NCBI RefSeq assembly: GCF_018350175.1
Contig: NC_058368.1
Coordinates: 2,232,001-2,296,000, forward strand
Source: Felis catus
Taxonomy: Eukaryota
Length of the DNA: 64,000 nt
Reading direction: 5' to 3'
A model generated the notes under the pieces. It saw nothing but the letters and a program-made list of their open reading frames with translations, did no database searches and was not told the DNA's origin. The translations under genes were made by a program, and so were the position numbers. This document shows positions 11,904-23,900 of this stretch, piece after piece; position 1 is the first letter of the stretch; the number at the start of each line of letters is the position of its first letter.

Positions 11904-14900
11904 AAAACTGAACAGAGAGTACCCGGGTGGCTCAGTCGGTTGAGCGTCCAACTTTGGCTCAGGTCGAACTCATAGTAAGTTTGAGCCCCACCCTGGGTTC
12001 ACTGCTGTCAGCGCAGAAGCCACTTCGGATCCTCTTTCTCGCTCTCTACCCCTCCCCCAGCCTCAAAAATAAACAAACATTAAAAAAAAAAAACTGGAAC
12101 AGGCTTCCTCCCCTTTGTGTCTTTTATTCCTATCCATTCTAAATTCGTGCATTCTTGATTAAAAAAAAATTACTCTTGTGATGACACACGATATTCAAAT
12201 TCAAACCAGAATTTCCAAAAAATGGTTCACTAAGAATAACAAATGAAATTTTTAGCCATGATGTTGAGTTGGAAAAAAAAATGCACAGAGACTCATAGTG
12301 AGCCCCTTAAAAAATCAATTATCAGGGCACCTGGGTGGCTCAGTTGGTTGAGCGTCCGACTTCGGCTCAGGTCATGATCTCACACTCTGTGAGTTCAAGC
12401 CCCGCATCGGGCTCTGTGCTGACAGCTCGGAGCCTGGAGCCTGCTTCAGATTCTGCGTCTCCCTCTCTCTGACCCTCCCCCATTCATGTTCTGTCTTTCT
12501 CGGTCTCAAAAATAAATAAAAATTAAAAAAAAATCAATTATCAACATATGTACATATATGGACATATCTCTGAAATACCACAGAAGATACAGAACACGGG
12601 AAAATCTTGTTCTTGAAGACATTATCTGCAGCAATTACAATATCCATTTAATAGTCAAATCACGCAGACATATCTTGGCAGGGTTAATTATATTTTAAAA
12701 CTTCTACGGAAAGGAAAACTTAAGACTGGTTTTTCTTACTCCTTGAAGCTGATGTGGTGTAGATAGGTAAGTCCCTTGCCGCTCTTCTCAAAATTTCTTG
12801 TTGTCTTTCTTGGCTGAATTCCTTTTCGTAACGTTCCTTTTCAGAATTGGACAAATAGAACTATAAAAGGAGAAATAACTATTAATTCTTTTTAATCCCA
12901 TGATCATGAACTATCACACTCAGAAAAAGAAAGTTTTATCCAGAACAAACAAAAAACATTTTCTTCCATGAAGAAAAGGCAAAATTTGTTTTCAGATTTA
13001 AGAGGCTAAATCAAGTACATTTTAACAAAACTACATACCTTTGACAGATTAAAAAATATCTGCCCTCTATTCTAATGATGGGAAAGAATATGAACTAGAA
13101 AATTGTGTATCTTTGCTTTCCACAGACAAAACTAAATACCTCCCAACCAAAAAGGGTTAAGTATACACTTTCTACTAGAAAAACTCTGGTGTTTGAAAAT
13201 TAGTGTCAAGAAATTCTTAATTTTTGGAAGGATGCCCAAAGATTCACTTGCTTTGGGTGACAGGTTACATCGCGGGCACGGGGTCCAACTGTTTTCTGGC
13301 CAAGTATCTCAGTGAGGACAAGCCATTCTTTTACTACTTTGTTTTAGCTTTGAAAAAGCTAACCAACAGGAGTACTTTCTGCAAAATGACTAAGGATTGT
13401 CAAGGCAGGCATAGTCTCCTTTTCTCCAAGAGCGATTCCTTTACGGAGTTATTTCTAGTTTCCATCTCTCACGTCTTTAATCCCACAGTGTGGCCAGCTT
13501 GCAGTTTGTTTCCTTGAACAGCACCTTCCCCACAAAGGACTGTCCAGGCTGCTCTTCTTGTCAGGTCGTGGTCATCCCAGCATCTCAAGGACCCTGAGTC
13601 TTATGCCTCTATAATTTCAGGCAGATAGATGCTTCCAGTTTCTCTCTATTTCACAGAATTTCTTTTTCAACTAAAAATGGCTTGAGACTTGCTCTGTTTC
13701 TCAACAGGGTTTTGCTTGAATGGAGTTTCATCTCTTTCCGTTCAAGTATTTTGAGCCACCTGCTAACTCACTACTAAACTTTCATACTCCTGGTGCCCCA
13801 CCATCAATAATAACAGTATTAGCTTAGCAGTGCAATCTCTCCTATTACAAACAAGGCAACAGTTTGGCATGTGTGAAGGAGCTCTGGGTTGAGGAACTTT
13901 CTAAGACTGCGCATCTACTGACAGAGCCGACATTAAGATACAAGTCTTTTGAGTTTTACTCCAGCATGCGTCCCTCCATACTGCTAACGTAAAATAAATG
14001 TTCTTGATTTTTGCAGACTATTACTCTAACCTGACCAGACAGCACAGTTCAGGATGTGGAAGTCTATTTAGATCACCTCACCTGGTTCTCACACTCAAAT
14101 CTTGATGGCACAAGAAATCCCCAAATGATTTGCAAGGAGTAATACAGACAAATAAAAAGGACAGAAAGCAGTCAGAAAAGAGTCCCATAATCTTAACCTG
14201 AGACTGTGGAGGTCACTTATCTAACCTCCCGGGCAGGTAGGAATCTTCAGACGACGTTTCTGAGATCCAGTCCCTCTTGAATCAGATAATGAAGTACTTC
14301 CCTGCTTTGCAAAATGGCCCATTCTCTTTTAAGAGAATTATAACTTGTAACTTGTTTGAATTAAACGTTCTTTCCTGACATGATGTGCCCCTGTAGCATT
14401 CACAGTAAAGTATAAGAACCATATGGTATGATGATAAATATGTATTTGGAAAGGAGACATTCCTTGTAAAACGTGAACAGATTGCCCTGGACCGTCCTAT
14501 TTCTAGCCAGGCCTCAACATCATCACTCTGCCTTAAGGACTACTGTCACAAACTATGAAAAACTTAAACGAAATGAAAATCTCACGAGACACCAGAATTT
14601 TAGGTGAGGAATGGAACAAAAGAAATGTTAATGGGTTCGAGTTCTGAAATTATGATGATGATTCTGGTTTTCATTAAAAGCTATGACTATCATTCAAACT
14701 ATAAAACGCCAGTATCTTAAATTCAGTGTTCAGATGGTTCCATTTAAATACACATTAAATACCAGTTAAGAACCTGGCACTGTTCCAGGTAACAGGAATC
14801 CACAGATGAGTAACAACGTGGCCCTTGCCTCCAAAGTCCGTTTCTACAGTCCAGTCGGAAGGTCAGCCATGCCAACAGAGAAGTACAAATTACAAATCAG

Positions 14901-17900
14901 CGTAAGTGCCAGGTTCGATAAAAGCTCCCTTAGGAGGGAGCGGGAACTGCCAATGAAAGTGTCTTGGAGGAAGTGGGGTCCGGGCTGGGCTCTGAGAGAC
15001 AAACAGGAATCTTGCAGGAAAACAAGGAGGGGAAGAGAATCTCGGTAACAGGCGCAGCACGCAGAAAGCACGAAGACGTGACCGCAGCAAGGTATAGTCA
15101 GCGCGAGATAGGACTTGGCCGTCGAGGGCCAGGAAGAAGCAGGGGAGATGACGCTGCTAAGATGTTAGGTCACGAAGGGTCTCGTGCACCGTGCGAAGGG
15201 GCACGGCTTGCACCCTGCAGCTGGCCGGCAGCCGCTGCAGGTGATGGGAGGAGCGATGGGGCCGTATCTTGTCCTCGGAGAGAGGACGCCTAGTGACAGA
15301 AGAGGCCTGCTGGCTCTTCAGATGCTGCTCCTCCTCACAGTTCATTCATTCACATACTTAGCAATCTGCCTGCTGTGTAAGACGTCGGACTCGAGGCAAT
15401 GGGGACAGAGCAATAAACAACGGAGATCCTCCCTTCAAAGAGCTAAGACTTCAGTGAGAGAGATACTGTGCTTATAAAGGTTTCAGTTTAGGTGCCACGT
15501 CCTCAGAGGTTTCCTTGACCATACGACCCGAAGTAGCTTTTCTCCCTGGTGGCTTTTATTGTTATGCTTTACTCCATCATCATGTTCTCACTCTAAAACT
15601 AGGTAAATGTATCACAGTTATAATCATTTGTTTACCATCTGTGTCTCCCTTTAAAATGTAAGGACCATGTCTGTCTTGTTCCCTTAATTCCCAGAGCCTA
15701 GCACAGTCTGGTAAACAGGAGGTGCTAAGTACTTGCTGACAAAGAATGAAGAATATACCCAGGGGCGCCTGGGTGGCTCAGTCGGTTGAACGTCTGATTT
15801 CGGCTCAGGTCACGATCTCCCAGTTTGTGAGTTCGAGCCCCGCGTCGGGCTTGCTGCTGTCAGCGCAGAGCCCCGCTTCAGATCCTCTCCCCCTTCTCGT
15901 TCCGCCCCTCTCCCGCCTGTGCACACTCGTGCTCGCTCTCTCTCTCTCTCTTAAAAATAAAAACACTAAAAGAAAAAAAAGAAAAAAAGAAAAAAATACC
16001 CGTATGTATAACTTAACTTTCCTAAAAACGTAGAGCTTTTTAGAGTCAAACGATTTCCCTGCGTCTGACGGCCAAGTGTTTTTCTAACCTCTCAGCTCAC
16101 AGAGTCCTTTTAATGCAGTTACTTTAGGAGCCACCTCACAGCTTTGTAACTCCTACGAGGAGCTACCTCAGTCAGCCGCCAGAGAACCACAAACTCCTGC
16201 TCTTTTCTGGCTGTCACCCTAGCTTAACTTAGCCGCCCTTGACGATTTCATAATCAACTCATTCAGTAGTGAACACCTACTACGTGCTAAGTAGTGGGAG
16301 ACGGGTGTAGCACAGAACAGCATGAAAACGATCTCTGCCCTCAAAAGACGGACAGTAAAGTGATGCATTCAAGGCACCAGGCAACTATGAAACTGGACGG
16401 TAAGTTCTATGACGGGAAGGTAGAGCATGCCAGGGCAGGGCCACTGGCCACAGACCGGGGCAGTCAGCTCACCTTCTCAGAAGAGGGAGCGTGAAGAATG
16501 GGGGTGTATGTAACGGCTTAGGTCCTGGGCTGAATGCTAGATGGATGCAGTATGACAAAACAACAACCAAAATAAGTAAATAACACTCAAATGGTGCTTA
16601 TTACGTGCTGTGTATTCTTTGGAGCGCTTTACATACACTATTAACCATATGCTGTTATTATAAACATTACTAACCACATGTATTATTAATTTTTTTTTTC
16701 AACGTTTATTTATTTTTGGGACAGAGAGAGACAGAGCATGAACGGGGGAGGGGCAGAGAGAGGGGGAGACACAGAATCAGAAACAGGCTCCAGGCTCTGA
16801 GCCATCAGCCCAGAGCCTGACGTGGGGCTCAAACTCACAGACCGCGAGATCGTGACCCGGGCTGAAGTCGGACGATTAACCGACTGAGCCACCCAGGCGC
16901 CCCCACGTGTATTATTAATTTATTCAACGTTTACAACAATCCCGTAAGGCATATACTAGTATTGTCCTCGTTCTACAGGACAGACGTGAGGTACAGACGG
17001 TTGAGGGAAGTCTCCAATGTTGTTGAGCCGGGGCAGTCTGGGACCGGAGCCTGAGTTCTTCACCTCTACACTGTACTGCTTCTCAAAAGCATTACCGACT
17101 GTTTTTCTTATTCTATGTTTTCTTTCCTATAATGACAACTATTTACTTCTACACATGCTATATTTTCAACGGCCATCACTAGTATTAAGTGATCCAAGAA
17201 AATCAGTTCCTTTTCAACTCAGAGCTTAAGGTATGGATGGCAGTTTGTAACATAACTTTAAGAGGCGACTAATTATTGTCAAATGTCTGAAGAATATATC
17301 TGAAGAAACACAAAGTTTGATCGATGATTTCACTACCCCTTAAAACAAAAGCACCCAATAGAAAAAAAGGGCAAAAACCATTTGGCATTTTCTTAATGCT
17401 CAATTACACACCACAGATGATCCAGCAGTTGTAATCCTAGGCATCTACCCAAAAGAGCTATATATGTACGTTTGTAAATATGCATGTATGTGTATATAAT
17501 ATGCATATGCAGAAGAATGTTTACAGCAGCCCTATTTTTAACAGCCTTAAACTGGAACCCACCCAAATGCCCTTGCCCATGAACAACAGACCAGCTAAAC
17601 AAACTGTTATTTACCGCAACCGAATACTCAACAAGAATGAGAATGAATGCTTCACAACTATATGCAACGACACGGATGAATCTCGCAAACAGAATGTTAA
17701 TGAAAGAAGCCAGACACACAAACACACAGAGTGTAGGATCCCATTTACATGAAGTGCAAAACCAGGCAAAGCAAACTGATGCTATTAGGGGGGCAGGAGA
17801 GTGGTTTGTGGCAGGTGGGTGCCTGGAAGGGCGCACGAGGAGGCTTACGAGATGCTGGAGATGTGTCGTGTCTTCGACTGGGTGGTGGTTACTAAAAGGT

Positions 17901-20900
17901 GTTCGGTTTGTGAAAATCCATCAAGCGTACACTTATGTTTATACTCTTCTGCATGTATGTTCTACAAAAAGTTAAATGAACGTTGATATCATTTTTAAAC
18001 ACAGGGTCTATAATTCTGAAAGAATTTGATAGGAGGGGAAATAATTATCATCATCACTGGTTGCCAACCATGTGGCAGGTACTGTGTTAAAAGCTTTACG
18101 TGAATGAATCTCACTCAATCCTCACAAACATCTTACGGAAACAGGCACTATTTGTTAGCTCCATTTTCCAATGAGAAAACTGAGGTTCAGAGACATTATG
18201 TAATGTGTTAGAGCAGAAAATCAAACTCGGGTAACCCTAACGCCAGAGGGCATATTCTTAGCCATCTAGCTATACCAAATGTCAGTCAGCTATGTCAAGG
18301 CAGGAGAAAAACACTGGTCTTAAAACTTACTCTACATGAATATTTACTCACATTATTTTTCCCAATGGAACCTCAAATTAGAAGAAACACTAGACATACT
18401 AAAGTATAACAAACAATAGCCTAGACAAGTTGTTCTCCACAACCAAAACTTTCTTCTGTCGCAGCATATTTGTTCAGGCCTGAGAAAATACGTTAAGGTG
18501 TCCAAAAATAAACTCTACTTCTCTAATTCAATTCTCTGTCCCTTAAGATTTTTTACTCCAATAAAAAAAAAAATATGTCTTTAAGAAAACATAGCATGAC
18601 AGAAAAATACCAGTATAAGCAAACGTTAGCACTATTCTCGATCTCAGCGAGCTGAGCGGGTTGTATCTGAGACCGGGCTGACGACTCACATTCACAGTGT
18701 GGAGTCACCAAGCGAGTTCATGAGCGGAAACAGAACAAATGCATTATGTAATAAAGTTTTAACGAAGGTAACACAGGGAAAATAATTCCACAATTAGCTA
18801 CAGCATTTGGCAATTTACCAACATGAAATTTACCTCTTTGGAGGGGGAAGCGGGAGATGTGAAAATTGTCATCCAATAGGACCATACAAACATAACAAAG
18901 AACAGATGGAAAGCCACAAGGTAAACAACGGCCTTTCCTGGTAAATAAAAACAAATAACATTTCATTGAATCCAGGTGAAAACAGGAAGAAGCTTTACAT
19001 TAAAACACAATATTTAGGGTCAGGAGGCTTAATCCAATAAATAACCTTCATTAAAATCTACTGAAGACATCAAATATGTAAACGCCTTTATCTGCATGAC
19101 GTCACAATTACAGATATGAAGAAACATTCAATTCCTGCATTTAAGGGTTATCAGCCTGGTTTATAAGTAAAGACTGCAGTCTAAGAGATTTGATTTTATT
19201 AAAACGCTTAAGATTCAAGTTGAAACACCTTCTCTCAGTGTATTTCAAGGTCTTGCTAAAAGTTACATCTAAAAGTTACATTTCAAATGATTTAAAACTT
19301 ATTTAAGACAGAAGCCACCACCATGAACATTAAGTCCAAGGAACTATCAGCTGAAAGTAATACAGGGAGTTCCCATCACAGTGAATAATGAGTCATCTGA
19401 AAAACTCAGTTCCTGGATTGTCCAGAAAAGTTACGCTAAATTTCATTCTCCTTTCCACAAAGGGTACCCAAGAATTTTCAGCCCCTTAAAATTCCTGCCA
19501 TAACTGGTTCCCAAGTAGATTAGCGTAACATTCTAACACCCTTAGCTCCAAATATTAACTCACAGATATAATTCAAAGCTTTTTGTTGTTTCTGCAGTTT
19601 TTCTATTTGAAAGAAGCAGAACAGGTTTCCGAAAGAAGCAAGGACTGTTTACCAGGTGCCTAAAGTCCTTTTCCATTTGGAATGTGGCACCACAAACCAC
19701 TGAACAAAGCCAAGTAGACACAAGCATAAAAGTCTGCAATTCTACTCATTTTGAAAGTTGAGATCAAATATTACTTCTTCCACATAAGCCTTCTCCATTA
19801 CTTTTGCAACTCATTACCTCTTCATACCATACTCCCTCCAAAATCTGCTCAGACTTCAGTTAAAGCACTTAATTGGTTTCATTAAAGTTAGCTGCTTAAT
19901 ATTGATGACCTAATACATGCAAAACATTTAAAACAGTGCCTGGTACATAATAAATCCTTAATAAATACTGGCTATTTTTTTTAAGTAATCTCTACGCCCA
20001 ACGTGGGGCTCGCACTCACAACCCTGACATCAAGAGTCGCATGTCTACTGACTCAGCCGGCCAGGAGCCCCAGTACTGGCTATTATTATCATTACTATCC
20101 AAGAATCTTAATTTCCTCTCAAAATTTGGTTCTTTTCGCACGTTCCCTATTTCAGTGTTTCCCAAGTTAAAGAAATGATAAAAGTTTTCACTGGTCTGCA
20201 GTGAAATGAGAAACATTAAGAACAATGTAGTGAAGTTTTCATAAAGCTAACATGTATTGAATTCGAAGTACTATTCTTCCTTTGGTCTGAGGTTATTTTT
20301 CTCTCACTTCTGGTTTAAAAAGTGTTCTTTTGAAATAAAATAATGATAAAAAAATTAACAATCGTTGGACCCAGCCTTTTCTTTTGCTGTCACACTGGTG
20401 CATGTGTGGCTAAGAGAGCAGAAGCACGAGTCCCACAGTTAACTGGCGCGGGAAGCCCGGGCCCAAGGACTCCTCACATCGCACCGCTGATCGGCACAAA
20501 GTCCTTCAAATTCCAATTCCTAAAATCTCTTTCAAAGTAAACTCTCTCTCGTTATTTTCACTCTCAGTGTAACAGCTCATATCCTGTTGCTGATCTCATT
20601 TGGTTCACTGCAAAAGCCAACTGGTCTCCTTGCCTCCCGCCCATCTCAATGGCCAGTGTAAAATGTGTTGTTCAGAGGATCACCTTGGCCGTGACACGGC
20701 TGGGAAGGAACTCCACGTGCATGACTGGTGTGTGCGCTGTAAACCACTGGGACTTCTTAGCAGCCACGTTTGACCACAGCTACTCAGATCACTAATTCCA
20801 CCCACTGAAAGCCTACCTGAAGGTATATGATGTATACCTTATTTCTAACCCTCCCTATAGTCCTGGAAGGTGTTCTTTCAGTTTACAAACGTGAAACCTG

Positions 20901-23900
20901 AGGCTCAGAGAATTTAGTATCTTGCCCAATGTCACTTAGTAAACGATAAAGCCAGAATTCAAACCCACATCCGCTTGACAAAAATCCAAGGTTCTTTTCA
21001 TTACGTCGTATTTTCCAAAAGTATATTTTCCTTCACTCAACCCACCATCTTAGTAGTTACATCCGATTTCAGAGCCAACATCTGATGCCAAGATAAAATC
21101 TTTCCCACAACTCCCATCTATCTTCAAATTTGCTTTCTTTTCAACGTGCACTAGAACTGATTGTCACCCTCATTGAAAATTCTGGTTTCTGAAAATCTCT
21201 GCTCCCTTCAGGTTGAACCCCATGGTCTACCCAATGGATTCATTATTATTCCTTCGTTTGACTTTCCTTTGGAAAAGTATACTGGAGCTCAGTCTCCTAC
21301 TGTTATATGAACAGTGAGGCATTTACTGAGTCTGCAGTATTATTTTTACTTAGCTTGCTTCACTTCTTTATATTTTTGCCTGGCCTCCATATTCAATCAA
21401 ATTTGTCAATCTTCGTCTGTATACTACTGTATAGCTTTGAGATAAACGGTAACCTTGAGGTACTTTAAACTTCTTAATCATTTAGTTACTTACAACTAAG
21501 GTCAGCATATGAAACAATATACTCTCAAAATATTTTTAAAGACATTTAATGTATTTTTAGAGTATTTCTGCTCTCCACAGAACAAAATGGTTTCTGCTTT
21601 AAAAAATCTCAACCCTCAGCTAAAAGAACAAAGCAGATAAATCTCTTAGCATAATGCCTGAAATATAATAAGTTCTTAACAAATGGAAATTATCACATTA
21701 TAATGTAATGAAACACTGCTTTTATTTATTTATGTTTATTTTTAATCTTGAGAGGGAGGGAGAGAGAGACAGACAGACAGACAGAGCACAAGCAGGGGAG
21801 GGGCAGAGAGAGAAGGAGACACAGAATCCAAAGCAGGCTCCAGGCTCTGGGCTGTCAGCACAGAGCCCAACATGGGGCTTGAACTCACGAACCAGAAGAT
21901 CATGACCTGAGCCGACATTGGACGCTCAACCGACTGAGCCACCCAGGCGCCCTGATGAAATACTGCTTTTAAATAAATTAGAAATAATGTGATTGTTAGT
22001 AAGAAAACTTCTGGTCACATATATATGCTATAAACCATTGGTCAGAAGTAACAAAGTAAAATCTTAGTTAACTAAGCAAATTAAATAAAAGCAAAAAAAA
22101 AATCTATAAATCAAAAAATCTGATTCAAAAATCACCTGTAAGTGAATTTAAAAAAACAAACAAATAAGCAAACAAAAAAACTCCATCAAAAGAATCTTTG
22201 AAAGACATGGGCAAAATAGCCCCAAGAAATAATAAGTTAGATGTTCTTTTATAAATACTTCAGAAATTTCTCTGCTTTCTGTATCTGTGTTATCACATAT
22301 AGAAAACAGTTTTGATTTAAAGGAAGAAAATCAAGCCTACCAAGGGGAAGTCTATATTCCTCTCCAACCCTGGCTAGAACTGACAAATTAGAGTCAAAGG
22401 CAACTTGAGATCTACATGCTTAATGCCTAATTCTTTCCAATAAGAATAAGTATTTATCAGTAATTTCTAACTGTTCAACTGTTTTAGAAATCCTCTGGAT
22501 TTTGTATCTCAAATCAAATTTTCTTTTTGAAATTTGATTTCAATAACTTAGTATTTTCTTTTATCCTGGTGAAATATTGAGCAATGATTTTTCCCTCTAG
22601 GCATTATCTCGTTGACTAGTTGTTACAAAAAGTAGAATTCCCTTTCAAAATAAACTCGTAATACAATTCACAAATTTAGTCTGGTTATTTTGTAAGATGT
22701 CCGTGAGCAGTAAGCATTATTTTTAACAAACACATTATCAAGAGACCCATCAGTAAAATCTGGGCGTCATGAAACAAAATCCCCTCTTCAACCCTAGCTA
22801 GAACGGATATTAAAAATCTTTGGGGGTGCCTGCATGGCTCAGTTGGTTGGGCACCTGACTCTTGATTTTGGCTCAGGTCATGATCTTGCGGTCCTGGGAC
22901 CAAGCCCTGTGTCAGTTCCGTGCTGAGGGTGGAGCCTGCTTGGGATTCTCTGTCTCCCTCTGCCCCTCCCCCACTCAAGCTCTCTCTGTCCCTCTAAAAT
23001 AACTAACATTAAAAAAAAAGAAAAAAAATCTTTGAAGTACTACTGTCAAGAGTTCTGAAGAACACACAAGGCATAAATATGTACATAAATATATCAAAGA
23101 AGTTTGGGTACTAGGTGCCTTACAAAATAACAGCTACTCCAATTTATATAAACACCACAAATGAAAAGATATCGAATGAATACGAAAAAACACAATACTG
23201 TATCTCCTACTTAAACTTTAAAAACATAGATTTTATTTCGGAAAACAAAAACACATATAGTCATCACTAAATAAAAGCAAGCGGGTTGCAATTACGATAC
23301 CATAAATATTCTACTTAAATTGAGACTTAAATTGCCTTACCGTTTTCTCCATTTCCAGAGAGAGTAACTAGAATAGAAGAAAAATCGTGAATAAATAATA
23401 TACTTTAAACATTTTGTACATAAATTTTATTTCAGAGCAACTATTCATCCTAATATCTTTTTCACAAAAATAAAATTTAGTTATAATATGTAAACACTAA
23501 TGCAAATTCAAGATTGCACACTTTTTATTATTTTTTAAAATATAATTTATTGTCAAATCGGCTAACATACAGCGTATACAGTGTGCTCTTGGTTTTGGGG
23601 GTAGATTCCCATGATTCATCACTTACATACAACACCCAGGGCTCATCCCAACAAGTGCCCCCCCTCAATGCCCATCACCCATTCTCCCCTCTCCCCCACC
23701 CCTCTTCACCTCTGTTTGTTCTCTGTATTTAAGAGTCTCTTAGGGTTGGCCTCCCTCCCTCTCTGTTTGTAACTTTTTTTCCCCTTCCCCTCCCCCACAG
23801 TCTTCTGTTAAGTTTCTCAAGTTCCACATATGAGAAGACTGCACACTTTAAAAACACTAAAATGCTAAACATAAAATTTTTTTTCTCCTCAACCAATCAC

